From NCBI GenBank assembly GCA_964422725.1, contig CAYRCC010000002.1, positions 28,694 to 92,693 on the forward strand: a DNA stretch of 64,000 nt, given 5' to 3'. A program made the translations under genes and the position numbers. The notes below the pieces were generated by a model that was given only the letters and a program-made list of their open reading frames with translations, did no database searches and was not told the DNA's origin. The DNA comes from an uncultured Lachnospiraceae bacterium (GTDB lineage: Bacteria > Bacillota > Clostridia > UBA1381). Below are positions 27,567 to 37,435 of the stretch, piece after piece. Position 1 is the first letter of the stretch; each line of letters begins with the position of its first letter.

Positions 27567-28415
27567 ATGGATATTGTAATAGACTACATAACCAAATACA
27601 TACAATTGTTCCGTCTGGCAGACTTGATTGATATGGCAATCGTTGCGGTTATAACATACAACCTTATGAAGCTTGTCAAAGAAACCCGCGCCGGACAGCT
27701 TATAAAAGGTATTGTTATATTGTTTCTCGCACTTATGCTTAGTTCACTTTTAAAGCTCACTGTTCTGAACTATTTTCTTCAGGCAACCATGCAGGTGGGC
27801 GCGTTTGCCGTTATTGTGATATTTCAGCCGGAGCTGCGCAGTATTTTGGAGCGTATGGGACGTTCTAAGGTCGGAAAGCTTATGGATTTTTCCATCACGC
27901 AGATGTCCGACGAGGAATTTTCCAAAACCGTCGACGAGATAGTCGAGGCGGCAACCAATATGTCAAAATCCAAAACCGGCGCACTCATAGTAATCGAACG
28001 CGAAACAAAGCTCGGAGAAATTATGACGACCGGTACGGTATTGAATGCCGATGTCAGTGCGAGTCTGCTTGAAAATATATTTTTCAAAAACACCCCCCTC
28101 CACGACGGCGCTGTTATAATCCGCGACAGTAAAATTATGACTGCCGGCTGTCTTTTGCCGCTGACTTCAAATACAAATCTTTCCAAAAAGCTCGGCACGC
28201 GCCACCGCGCAGGTATCGGCATTTCCGAAGCATCAGATGCCGTAACCCTTATAGTAAGCGAAGAAACCGGAAAAATATCCATTGCAATAGAGGGAACTCT
28301 GACCAGCAATATTTCCGGCGAATCGTTAAAAAAAGCTCTTTCTAAAACCCTCAGGAAACGCAATACCAATTCCGGATTTGATAAAATTAAGTTTTGGAGA
28401 GTGATGAATAAATGA
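27567..28415 (+). CDS. cdaA: Diadenylate cyclase CdaA (membrane-bound DAC domain)
   Basis: Three N-terminal TM segments, then GALIVIERETKL...PLHDGAVIIRD...LGTRHRAGIGISE...VSEETGKISIA. The ATG at 27567 follows GGGAGG. Confidence 0.9.
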   Translation: MDIVIDYITKYIQLFRLADLIDMAIVAVITYNLMKLVKETRAGQLIKGIVILFLALMLSSLLKLTVLNYFLQATMQVGAFAVIVIFQPELRSILERMGRSKVGKLMDFSITQMSDEEFSKTVDEIVEAATNMSKSKTGALIVIERETKLGEIMTTGTVLNADVSASLLENIFFKNTPLHDGAVIIRDSKIMTAGCLLPLTSNTNLSKKLGTRHRAGIGISEASDAVTLIVSEETGKISIAIEGTLTSNISGESLKKALSKTLRKRNTNSGFDKIKFWRVMNK

Positions 28416-29590
28416 AAAAAATATTTGAAAGCAAAATCGCAATGCAGATTTCAGCGGTTGTCATTGCCGTTATACTGTGGTTTATCATTGCCTACTCGGA
28501 AAACCCGGTTATTGACATAACCGTCAATAACATTCCGATTTCCTACTCTAACCTCTCCGTCCTTGAAGAACGCGGACTTACTATCTTAAAAGACGGCAAA
28601 ACACCTACCGTTTCCGTTTCCGTTCAGGGAAACCGAAGTGATTTGTTCAGCGTGATACGCAATATAAGTGCCGAAATTGATTTGTCAACCCTCAATTCAT
28701 CGGGAAGCTATGAAATGCCGATTGATATAAACATACCTGTAAAATCGGTGGAGCTTTTGCGCAAAAAGTCGAATAACGCAACCGTCGTTGTCGAGCCTAT
28801 AGTCACACGCACAATTCCCGTAAACATACTCCGGACGGGTTCTAACAGCGAATACCTCGTAAAATCATCGTCGGATATATCCGAAATCGTAATAAGCGGC
28901 GCAAAATCGGCTGTAAGCGAAGTTAATGCGGCATCGGTTACGGTGGACGTTTCCGATATAAAGACTGACTCGGTAAGCAGTTACAGCTACTCATTTGTCG
29001 ATTATGACGGTGACGAAATCGAAAGCAACAACATTTCATCAGAAACTACTGCGATAATCATTTCAAACAAGCTGTTTTTGGCAAAATCAGTACCTATAAA
29101 AATCGAATATCCCGCAGAGGTTTCGCAGGACTTTATTGTCAATATCAAAAACGCGGATTCATTGAGTGCAAATATCGGTGTTTTGAAAGAAAGCTATGAC
29201 GATGTAACATCAATCACAGCACAGTTTCCGTCAAATATTTCCGACGGCGAAGCATCGGTTGTGACCATACCGCTGGATATACCCGACAACGTATATATCC
29301 CCGATAACCCTTTTGTAGAGGTGAAAGCGGATATTACAAAAAAGACTGTCAAAAACGTCACTCTTCCGGTAACAATCCAGAATATACCCGCAGGTCTTAC
29401 CGTAAACACGGTTGACGATGTAAATATAACGGTAAAAGGCGCCGGCGAGGAGCTTGACCCGTCATTAATGTCCGCAATAGCCGACCTTTCGGGACTTACC
29501 GCCGGTGAACACAGTGTTAAACTGAAAATTACGGTTCCGGGCGGAGTAAGCATCGAACAGGACTATTCGGTAAATATTATACTTGAATAA
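28412..29590 (+). CDS. cdaR: CdaR (YbbR-domain regulator of CdaA)
   Basis: 4-nt overlap with cdaA, N-terminal TM anchor, and repeated YbbR-like beta modules (VNNIPISYSN..., TIPVNILRTG..., SVPIKIEYPA...). Confidence 0.8.
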   Translation: MKKIFESKIAMQISAVVIAVILWFIIAYSENPVIDITVNNIPISYSNLSVLEERGLTILKDGKTPTVSVSVQGNRSDLFSVIRNISAEIDLSTLNSSGSYEMPIDINIPVKSVELLRKKSNNATVVVEPIVTRTIPVNILRTGSNSEYLVKSSSDISEIVISGAKSAVSEVNAASVTVDVSDIKTDSVSSYSYSFVDYDGDEIESNNISSETTAIIISNKLFLAKSVPIKIEYPAEVSQDFIVNIKNADSLSANIGVLKESYDDVTSITAQFPSNISDGEASVVTIPLDIPDNVYIPDNPFVEVKADITKKTVKNVTLPVTIQNIPAGLTVNTVDDVNITVKGAGEELDPSLMSAIADLSGLTAGEHSVKLKITVPGGVSIEQDYSVNIILE

Positions 29591-29620
29591 AACCCAAACA
29601 ACAGAAAGGAAATATATAAA

Positions 29621-30502
29621 ATGTCAGATGTTATAGTAAGAGGAAGCAGTATTGACGGCAGTATACGAGTATTTGCCGCCGTCACCACCGATATGGTAAA
29701 ACAAGCAAGAAAAATTCATAACTGTTATCCGGTTGCCGCCGCGGCACTCGGCAGAACGCTCACCATTGGCTCTATTATGGGTGCAACGCTAAAAAACGAT
29801 ACCGACAGTATGACTGTTCAAATCAGCGGCAGCGGTCCGCTCGGCAGAATTGTCGTTGTTACGGACAGTAAATCACGGGTACGCGGATATATTGAAAATC
29901 CGTTTGTCGAGTTGCCGTTAAACAGCAAGGGTAAATTAGATGTCGGCGGCGGTGTCGGCAAAGGCAGACTGTGCGTAATACGTGATTTAGGGCTTAAAGA
30001 GCCGTACGTCGGTCAAGTACCGCTCGTAAACGGTGAAATCGCCGAGGATATGACATACTATTTTGCCGTCAGTGAGCAAATCCCTACGGCAATCGGACTC
30101 GGAGTGCTTGTGGATACGGACGGCAGTATAATCTGCTCCGGCGGATTTATGATTCAGCTTATGCCGGAGGCAAGCGAACAGACAGCCGCAAAGCTTGAAG
30201 AAACGGTGAAATCCGTTCCGTCGGTTACAAGTATGATACAAAGCGGTATGAGTGCCGAGGATATTCTATTTAAGGTGACTGACGGCTTTGATATGCTTGC
30301 GGAAAATAAAACCATTCTCCCGCAGTACCACTGCAACTGCAGTAAGGAACGTATGGAACGCGCACTGATTTCCATAGGAAAAGACGAGCTTTCGGATATT
30401 ATCACAGAACAGGGAAGTGCACAATTAACCTGTCAGTTCTGCGATAACCAATATACTTTCGGCAAAGACGAGCTTTTAGAGCTCCTCCGACAAGCCAAGT
30501 AA
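29621..30502 (+). CDS. hslO: Hsp33 redox-regulated chaperone
   Basis: C-terminal zinc switch CNCSKERM...CQFCDNQY, and Hsp33 core GEIAEDMTYYFAVSEQIPTA. Confidence 0.9.
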   Translation: MSDVIVRGSSIDGSIRVFAAVTTDMVKQARKIHNCYPVAAAALGRTLTIGSIMGATLKNDTDSMTVQISGSGPLGRIVVVTDSKSRVRGYIENPFVELPLNSKGKLDVGGGVGKGRLCVIRDLGLKEPYVGQVPLVNGEIAEDMTYYFAVSEQIPTAIGLGVLVDTDGSIICSGGFMIQLMPEASEQTAAKLEETVKSVPSVTSMIQSGMSAEDILFKVTDGFDMLAENKTILPQYHCNCSKERMERALISIGKDELSDIITEQGSAQLTCQFCDNQYTFGKDELLELLRQAK

Positions 30503-30509
30503 AACAGCG

Positions 30510-30556
30510 GTATACCCAAGTGCGGTGCTTTTCTTTCAAGCCGCACTTGGGTATAC
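30510..30556 (+). terminator. Hairpin terminator after hslO
   Basis: GTATACCCAAGTGCGG (30510-25) and CCGCACTTGGGTATAC (30541-56) form 16-bp perfect arms, followed by GTTTG. Confidence 0.5.
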
Positions 30557-30785
30557 GTTTGTCGTCACCACACAAGCATCGGCAGAGCTTAAGCCGTCTT
30601 TAAAATTTTCTGACACATTTTTTCAAAAAACTATTGCGAAATCAAGAAAATAGATATATACTATAAGATAATTGTAAGTTAAAACCTCAAAATGGTTTCA
30701 CGCTTTTTTAAAGGCTATCAGCCTGTATAATAAATTTTGCTGACCACTGCGGTTCTGCAAACAATGTATTTTTGAGAGGAATACA

Positions 30786-31538
30786 ATGAGAAATATTAAA
30801 TTGACTCTGCAATACGACGGAACGGCTTACCACGGCTGGCAAATACAGCCGAATGCGCTTACCGTTCAGGAGGTTGTGGAAAATTCAATAAAGTCGATTA
30901 TAGGCACTCATATCCACGTAACCGGTTGCGGCAGAACCGATTCGGGTGTCCACGCTGACAAATATATATGTAATTTCTTTTCCGACACAGTCATACCTAT
31001 TGACAAAATGGCAAACGCTATAAACAGCAAGCTGCCGCCGGATATAGTCTGCAAAGCCGCACAGGATATGCCGTCGGAATTTCATTCCAAAAATTCAGCA
31101 GTGAAAAAAAGATATACCTACCGTATTTTAAATTCTGCGTTTAACGATGCTTTCATCGGCAGATACACTTGGCATTACCGCGGCGGCATAGATGTTGAGG
31201 CTATGCAAAAAGCGGCGGCGCACTTTGTCGGCGAACACGATTTTGCCGGTTTTGCCTCCAGCGGATTGAGTGTTAAAACCACAGTAAGAACAATTTATTC
31301 GATTGACGTTACAAAAAATAACGATATCATCTCGATTGACGTTACGGGAAACGGTTTTCTGTATAATATGGTAAGAATTATTGCCGGAACATTACTGTTT
31401 GTCGGAATAGGAAAACTCAAAGCCGAAGATATTCCGGATATAATCGCCTCGTGCGACAGAAACCGCGCCGGAATAACAGCACCGCCCGAAGGACTGTGTT
31501 TATCCGAGGTATACTACCGAAAGGAAGATATGTATTGA
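30786..31538 (+). CDS. truA: tRNA pseudouridine(38-40) synthase TruA
   Basis: LTLQYDGTAYHGWQIQPN and GCGRTDSGVHA (catalytic Asp). Confidence 0.9.
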   Translation: MRNIKLTLQYDGTAYHGWQIQPNALTVQEVVENSIKSIIGTHIHVTGCGRTDSGVHADKYICNFFSDTVIPIDKMANAINSKLPPDIVCKAAQDMPSEFHSKNSAVKKRYTYRILNSAFNDAFIGRYTWHYRGGIDVEAMQKAAAHFVGEHDFAGFASSGLSVKTTVRTIYSIDVTKNNDIISIDVTGNGFLYNMVRIIAGTLLFVGIGKLKAEDIPDIIASCDRNRAGITAPPEGLCLSEVYYRKEDMY

Positions 31539-32806
31539 AGAAATTTAAAATATTTGTGCTTATTGCGGCCTTGGCAATTGTATGTGCCGCCGCCGCTGCG
31601 GCGATAAGTATGTCGGGCGGCAGTGCACAGTTTGCCGAAAATTACATAAGCAATGTAAAATCCAATATACAGGTGATTGCCGATAAATTCAATGTACAGC
31701 GTCCGCCGAACAAAACCGAAAATGCGCCGTCGGAGGACACCGATGCTTCAAAATCCGAATCGGAAAGCACACAAGAGCCCGATCAGTCGTCCGAACCGGA
31801 ACAGACTCCCGAACAGACACCGAAAAAAAACGGCAGTGAGGGCAGTGTGTACAATACCGTCGCAATGGCAGATGCCGATTTAATGCAGTACGCCGTATAC
31901 AAGGATTATCTCGTTTGTGCCGACACCACCTCACTTATGGCGTTTAACAAGGACGGTACAGCCGCTTGGGCGATAGCTATGCCGACCAAAAAACCTATTT
32001 TGAAGGTTAGCGGCGGTTATATACTTCTTGCGGAAAAGGACGGGACCAAATTGAGTCTTTTTATGGGAAACAAGCTGATTTACTCGGTAAACACCGAAAA
32101 TTCCATTTTCACTGCCTCCGTTTCGGAAAACGGCGATGTTGTTGCCGTTACCGACAGATCGCAGTATAAAGGCTCGGTAATCGTTTATAACAAAAACGGC
32201 GAACAGGTTTTTGTATGGAACTCCGGCAGCTATGATATTCTCGATGCCGATATTTCAGCCTCACGAGATGTAGCTGTTTCACTGCTCAACACCGAAAACG
32301 GTGCAAAAACGTGTATCAGCTTTTTTGATATAAATGAGAAACAGCCGTATGCCTCACCTGAATTTGACGACACTCTTATGTTTGACATTGAATTTCTCGG
32401 TGAAACCCTGAATGCTGTCGGCGACAACCGCATAGTAGGTATCACCAACCGCGGAAAAGTTAAATGGACAGTTGATTTGACAGGTAAAAAGCTTGCAAAA
32501 TATGTTTTTGCCAAGTCAGGCTACAAGCTTTTAATGTTTGATAACAGCCTTGCCGCCGAGATACAGCTTTTAGACAAAAACGGCAAAGAAAAAACCACTC
32601 TCAAATCCGAGGCAATTCCGTATTGTATGGATATATCCTCCAACAGGATAGCATATAATAACGGACGTGAGCTGTTGTTCGGCGAATATTCGGGTAATGT
32701 TTTCAAAAACTGTAAAACAGACAGGGATATAAAAGACGTAATAATACTCAGTTCCTCGACCGCCGTTATAGTGTACAGCGGAAGTCTTGAGTTTTGTGAA
32801 TTTTAA
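31535..32806 (+). CDS. Membrane-anchored hypothetical protein with an acidic low-complexity linker and a repeat-rich (propeller-like) ectodomain
   Basis: Probable TTG start at 31535 after AGGAAG, overlapping the truA stop. TM segment FKIFVLIAALAIVCAAAAAAI, then a PSEDTDASKSESESTQEPDQSSEPEQTPEQTP linker. Confidence 0.5.
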   Translation: MKKFKIFVLIAALAIVCAAAAAAISMSGGSAQFAENYISNVKSNIQVIADKFNVQRPPNKTENAPSEDTDASKSESESTQEPDQSSEPEQTPEQTPKKNGSEGSVYNTVAMADADLMQYAVYKDYLVCADTTSLMAFNKDGTAAWAIAMPTKKPILKVSGGYILLAEKDGTKLSLFMGNKLIYSVNTENSIFTASVSENGDVVAVTDRSQYKGSVIVYNKNGEQVFVWNSGSYDILDADISASRDVAVSLLNTENGAKTCISFFDINEKQPYASPEFDDTLMFDIEFLGETLNAVGDNRIVGITNRGKVKWTVDLTGKKLAKYVFAKSGYKLLMFDNSLAAEIQLLDKNGKEKTTLKSEAIPYCMDISSNRIAYNNGRELLFGEYSGNVFKNCKTDRDIKDVIILSSSTAVIVYSGSLEFCEF

Positions 32807-32828
32807 ACATTTCTATGGAGGTTATATT

Positions 32829-33509
32829 ATGCAGGCAAGTGTAATAACAGATATAATTTTAGCGGCAGTATTTGCCATATGCATAGGATACGGCTACAAA
32901 CGCGGTTTTATGCGTGCGGCGTACCAAATTATTTCTTTTGTGCTTACGGTGATTATCGTGTTTGCGTTCCGCGCACCGGTAACACAGCTTTTGTACGATA
33001 CGCAAATCGGTACAGCCGTCACCTCGGCAGTACAGGAAAAAGTAAATACGGCAATCTCCAAAACTGACCTGACATCTGATGCAAACGCGTTTGTGGACGA
33101 GCTTGCTTTCCCTGAATTTATAAGTGACAGCATAAAGAAAAGTATGCAGTCTGCACAGGATTTCAAAATCGACACCGCAAATACGGTCTGTGAAAATATA
33201 ACGGATACGCTTATGACGTTTCTGGCGGCGGCGATACTGTTCGCCTCGGTCAGACTCGGACTTTCCATCGTTATGACTGTGCTTGACAGGGTGTGCCGTC
33301 TGCCGCTGCTTAACTTTATGAATAAAACCGCCGGCGGTGCGGTGGGAGTGCTGAATGCACTTATAATAGTATACGCTGTGTGCGCGCTTGTAATGTTCTT
33401 TACACCGGCACAAAAACAGCCTCAAGTAAACACCGTCATATCGCAAACGACTTTGACAAAGCAGTTTTACAACAATAATTATCTTCTTAAACTGCTTTGC
33501 TTAAAATAA
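32829..33509 (+). CDS. CvpA-family membrane protein
   Basis: ITDIILAAVFAICIGYGYKRGFMRAAYQIISFVLTVIIVFAF is a CvpA-like N-terminus. The ATG at 32829 follows GGAGG. Confidence 0.65.
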   Translation: MQASVITDIILAAVFAICIGYGYKRGFMRAAYQIISFVLTVIIVFAFRAPVTQLLYDTQIGTAVTSAVQEKVNTAISKTDLTSDANAFVDELAFPEFISDSIKKSMQSAQDFKIDTANTVCENITDTLMTFLAAAILFASVRLGLSIVMTVLDRVCRLPLLNFMNKTAGGAVGVLNALIIVYAVCALVMFFTPAQKQPQVNTVISQTTLTKQFYNNNYLLKLLCLK

Positions 33510-33551
33510 AAAACAATAAATTATTTATGAAAGTATAAGGAGGATAAAACA

Positions 33552-35216
33552 ATGTACAGTGATATTGTAAAAAAAGGATTGGAAAAAACCCCGCACCGTT
33601 CGCTTTTCAAAGCCGCCGGATTTACCGACGAAGAAATTAAGCGTCCGCTTATAGGTGTGGTAAGTGCAAAAAATGAAGTTATTCCCGGACATATTCATCT
33701 TGACAAAATTGCCGAGGCTGTAAAAGCCGGTATAAGAATAGCCGGAGGTACACCGATTGAGTTTCCGGCAATAGGCGTGTGCGACGGTATTGCAATGGGA
33801 CATATGGGTATGAAATATTCTCTTGCATCAAGAGAGCTGATTGCCGACTCGGTTGAATCAATGACACTCGCTCACGGCTTTGATGCACTGGTGCTTATTC
33901 CAAACTGCGATAAAATCGTTCCGAGTATGCTTATGGCTGCCGCAAGACTTAATAAGCCGGCAATTATTGTAAGCGGCGGACCTATGCTTTCAATGAAGTA
34001 CAACGGCAAATACCGCGACCTAAACACCACGTTTGAGGCTGTCGGCGCGTTTAAAGCCGGTACTATTGACGAACACGAACTGCTCGCACTCGAAAATGCG
34101 GCTTGTCCGTCGTGCGGCTCGTGCTCGGGTATGTTTACGGCAAACTCAATGAACTGTCTTAGCGAGGTTTTGGGTATGGCACTTCCGGGGAACGGTACAA
34201 TACCGGCGGTTTATTCGGAAAGAATCCGTCTTGCCAAAGAAACCGGTATGAAAATTATGGAGCTTTTGGAAAATGATATCAAACCAAGAGATATTATGAC
34301 CGCCGATGCATTTTATAATGCACTCAGAGTTGATATGGCACTCGGCTGTTCGACAAACTCAATGCTCCATCTGCCGGCAATCGCACATGAGGCAAAGGTT
34401 AAAATCAGTATGGAAATGGCTAACGACATCAGCAGTATCACGCCTAACCTCTGCCACCTCGCACCTGCCGGTGAACACCACGTTCAGGACTTGTACGCGG
34501 CAGGCGGTGTAGCGGCTGTAATGAATGAGCTTAACAAAAAGGGTCTGCTTAAAACCGACATCAAGACGGTTACAGGCAAAACCGTTGCGGAAAATATAGC
34601 AAATCACCCTGTTCTCGACCACGACGTAATCCGTCCTATCGACAATCCGTACAGCGCAACCGGCGGTATTGCTGTGCTGAAGGGTAATCTTGCGCTTGAC
34701 GGCTCGGTTGTAAAGAGAAGCGCGGTTGCCGAAGAAATGCTCGTACACGAAGGACCGGCAAAGGTTTATGACAGCGAGGACGAGGCTATAGAAGCAATTT
34801 ATGCGGGCAAAATCGAAAAGGGTGACGTTGTGGTTATCCGTTATGAAGGTCCGAAAGGCGGTCCGGGTATGAGAGAAATGCTCTCCCCTACCTCAGCCAT
34901 CTGCGGTATGGGACTCGACAAAGACGTTGCGCTTATCACAGACGGACGTTTTTCGGGTGCTACAAGAGGTGCGGCTATCGGTCACGTTTCTCCTGAGGCT
35001 ATGGAGGGCGGTCCTATTGCATTCATCAAGGACGGCGATATTATTCAAATTGATATGCACAAATGTGAGCTTAACGTAAAGATAAGCGACGAAGAAATGG
35101 CAAAACGCCGCGAAGGCTGGACACCTAACGAACCTAAAGTTAAAACGGGTTATCTGAAAAGATACGGAAAATTGGTTTCATCGGCTATGCAGGGTGCTGT
35201 AATGCTTGATGACTGA
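33552..35216 (+). CDS. ilvD: Dihydroxy-acid dehydratase
   Basis: [19 protein letters not shown]...[10 protein letters not shown]...IPNCDKIVP...[16 protein letters not shown]...TDGRFSGAT. Confidence 0.95.
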   Translation: MYSDIVKKGLEKTPHRSLFKAAGFTDEEIKRPLIGVVSAKNEVIPGHIHLDKIAEAVKAGIRIAGGTPIEFPAIGVCDGIAMGHMGMKYSLASRELIADSVESMTLAHGFDALVLIPNCDKIVPSMLMAAARLNKPAIIVSGGPMLSMKYNGKYRDLNTTFEAVGAFKAGTIDEHELLALENAACPSCGSCSGMFTANSMNCLSEVLGMALPGNGTIPAVYSERIRLAKETGMKIMELLENDIKPRDIMTADAFYNALRVDMALGCSTNSMLHLPAIAHEAKVKISMEMANDISSITPNLCHLAPAGEHHVQDLYAAGGVAAVMNELNKKGLLKTDIKTVTGKTVAENIANHPVLDHDVIRPIDNPYSATGGIAVLKGNLALDGSVVKRSAVAEEMLVHEGPAKVYDSEDEAIEAIYAGKIEKGDVVVIRYEGPKGGPGMREMLSPTSAICGMGLDKDVALITDGRFSGATRGAAIGHVSPEAMEGGPIAFIKDGDIIQIDMHKCELNVKISDEEMAKRREGWTPNEPKVKTGYLKRYGKLVSSAMQGAVMLDD

Positions 35217-35230
35217 TACATATAAAATCG

Positions 35231-35256
35231 GGTATGGGATTTGAATATCCCATACC
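35231..35256 (+). terminator. Hairpin after ilvD
   Basis: GGTATGGGAT / ATCCCATACC 10-bp stem with a 6-nt loop. The T tail is weak. Confidence 0.45.
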
Positions 35257-35290
35257 TATCATTTCATAATATTTATAAAAGGTGATGCGT

Positions 35291-35935
35291 ATGGCATTTT
35301 TCTCGATTTTCGCGGTTTTTGCATTTATTATCATAATGGTTGCGGCGGAAATACTGTCCGCGGCGAGTATGTGTATACTGTTTATTGCAGCCGTCACTGC
35401 GGTGGTATATCAACGCTGCAGTGAGAAAAAATCAGGTATAATTAAAATGTCTGCATATGTAAAGGATAATATTCTGGTAATATGCTTTGTTGCCGCCGCA
35501 TTTGCAGTGTGGCTGTACAACAGAGGTGCGGTGAGAATAGTTTTATGTTTCCCCGCATTCTATCACGCAGCTGTATTTGTTGCCGTCAATTTTATATGTA
35601 ACAAATACAACTATTCGTGCTGGGAGGTCAGACGTGAGTCTATGTGGTGCAACATTACATTTCTTCTTGCACACATTCTTTTGGGTGACACTGACAGCGA
35701 CGGCGGCAGATACGCACTTTTCAGACTTGTACACAATGACACGGCGGTCAATGTATTCACGCTGTTTGCGTCAGCTATGTTTATAGTCAATATTTTCATT
35801 TTGATACTCAGAAATATTACGGTATATAAGCAAAAGCGAATTATGAAATTAAGAACAACATACAGTAAATGGTTAGCAGGAAAGGACGATAATATTGATG
35901 CAGGACGAGATGATACTTGCGAAAAAGACACGTGA
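35291..35935 (+). CDS. Hypothetical polytopic membrane protein
   Basis: Several hydrophobic segments (FFSIFAVFAFIIIMVAA, ILVICFVAAAFAVWL, FTLFASAMFIVNIFILIL). The 3' end overlaps the rho start. The start codon is uncertain (35282, 35285 or 35291). Confidence 0.45.
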   Translation: MAFFSIFAVFAFIIIMVAAEILSAASMCILFIAAVTAVVYQRCSEKKSGIIKMSAYVKDNILVICFVAAAFAVWLYNRGAVRIVLCFPAFYHAAVFVAVNFICNKYNYSCWEVRRESMWCNITFLLAHILLGDTDSDGGRYALFRLVHNDTAVNVFTLFASAMFIVNIFILILRNITVYKQKRIMKLRTTYSKWLAGKDDNIDAGRDDTCEKDT

Positions 35936-37313
35936 GGAATTAAAACAGATTGCACACGCGCTGGGTATTAAAAGAATATCCACGCTGAAGAAGGAAGAAC
36001 TTATAAAAGTAATCAAGGAAAACCAGCTGTCCTCAAAAGATAGCAATACCGAAATCGGCGAAACCCCGAAAATTACCGTTGAATCGCATAAGCCAAGCAC
36101 CGAACAAGACTCCGCCGCGGAAAACGGCAATTGCCACGAACCGAACCGCGCGGTTGTACGCGAAAGACCGGTGCGCGAAAGACCGAGCGACGTTATAGAG
36201 GTTTGCGGCGTGCTTGATGTTATGGCGGACGGATACGGATTTTTGAGATTTGAAAACTATCGTCCGAGTGAACACGACGTATATGTCGCGCCGACACAAA
36301 TACGCCGTTTTTGGCTTAAAACCGGTGATGAAATTATAGGCGATGTGCGCCCGTCAAACGAACCTGATAAGTACTCCTCACTTCTGTTCGTAAAGAAAAT
36401 AAACGGCGACCCATTGGAAAAAGCTCTTGCCAGAAAACCATTCGACAAGCTGACACCTATATACCCAATCGAAAAAATGAAACTTGAAACAAAGCCTGAA
36501 TATTACGCAATGCGCCTTATCGACGTTATAGCGCCGCTCGGAAAAGGACAGCGCGGTCTTATAGTAGCACCGCCGAAAGCCGGCAAAACCACGCTCATAA
36601 AGCAAATCGCGCAGAGTATCGAGCATAACCACCCCGACATCAAGCTTATTGTACTTCTTGTAGATGAGCGTCCGGAGGAAGTAACCGATATGAAACGCTC
36701 CATAAACGGCGATGTTATATACTCCACATTCGACCAGCCGCCGGAAAATCATATAAAGGTTGCGGAAATGGTTTTGGAACGCGCGCAAAGACTTGTGGAA
36801 CAACAACAGGACGTAGTAATTCTGCTCGACTCAATCACAAGGCTTGCAAGGGCATACAACCTCACCGGCACTCCTACCGGCAGAACTCTTTCCGGCGGTC
36901 TTGACCCTGACGCACTGTTCAAACCGAAAAAATTCTTCGGCGCGGCGCGAAAAATCGAAAACGGCGGCAGTCTTACAATTCTCGCCACAGCCTTGGTGGA
37001 AACAGGCAGTCGTATGGACGACGTTATTTTCGAGGAGTTTAAGGGTACAGGAAATATGGAACTGCGGCTCGACCGCGCCCTTCAGGAACGCCGCATATTT
37101 CCGGCGCTCGATATTCTCAAATCCGGTACACGTCACGACGAAAAGCTGCTGTCCTCAAAGGAAATGGAGGTAAACTGGATTGTAAGGCGCGAGGCAGACA
37201 AAAAATCCGCAATAAATACGGTTAATATGCTTCTTAACTATCTCACCCACACACCTAATAATGAGGCTTTTGTGGATATGGTTTTAAGAAATTACGGAAA
37301 AAATAAAATTTGA
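35898..37313 (+). CDS. rho: Transcription termination factor Rho
   Basis: Rho_N (LKQIAHALGIKRISTLKKEELI), cold-shock-like RNA-binding domain (GVLDVMADGYGFLR), Walker A PPKAGKTTL, and Q/R loops. Confidence 0.95.
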   Translation: MQDEMILAKKTREELKQIAHALGIKRISTLKKEELIKVIKENQLSSKDSNTEIGETPKITVESHKPSTEQDSAAENGNCHEPNRAVVRERPVRERPSDVIEVCGVLDVMADGYGFLRFENYRPSEHDVYVAPTQIRRFWLKTGDEIIGDVRPSNEPDKYSSLLFVKKINGDPLEKALARKPFDKLTPIYPIEKMKLETKPEYYAMRLIDVIAPLGKGQRGLIVAPPKAGKTTLIKQIAQSIEHNHPDIKLIVLLVDERPEEVTDMKRSINGDVIYSTFDQPPENHIKVAEMVLERAQRLVEQQQDVVILLDSITRLARAYNLTGTPTGRTLSGGLDPDALFKPKKFFGAARKIENGGSLTILATALVETGSRMDDVIFEEFKGTGNMELRLDRALQERRIFPALDILKSGTRHDEKLLSSKEMEVNWIVRREADKKSAINTVNMLLNYLTHTPNNEAFVDMVLRNYGKNKI

Positions 37314-37325
37314 TGCGTTTTATAC

Positions 37326-37354
37326 TTGACTACAGCGGAAAATGTATGTAAAAT
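37326..37354 (+). promoter_or_regulatory. Candidate sigma-A promoter of galT-galK
   Basis: TTGACT (37326-31), 17-nt spacer, TAAAAT (37349-54). Confidence 0.5.
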
Positions 37355-37384
37355 AATAATTAACGAATACGTTAAATAATTATC

Positions 37385-37416
37385 AATCTAAATGTAAACC
37401 AGTTTACATTTAGATT
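37385..37416 (+). promoter_or_regulatory. 32-bp palindrome with a LacI/GalR-type core between the promoter and the galT RBS
   Basis: AATCTAAATGTAAAC-CA-GTTTACATTTAGATT has 15-bp perfect arms. The core TGTAAAC..GTTTACA resembles LacI-family operators. A second palindrome, TTAACGAATACGTTAA, lies at 37360-37375. Confidence 0.45.
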
Positions 37417-37435
37417 AGTTACGGAGGAAAAATTT

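Noticed and set aside
27824-28369. 181-aa minus-strand ORF inside cdaA
   Set aside because: It lies antisense to the strongly conserved DAC domain of CdaA and has no RBS or motif. It is a shadow ORF.
31451-31538. N-terminal extension of ORF 31451..32806 overlapping truA by 88 nt
   Set aside because: The extension (MRQKPRRNNSTARR...) is an out-of-frame read of the truA 3' end. A TTG at 31535 with a well-spaced AGGAAG RBS precedes the signal-anchor sequence.
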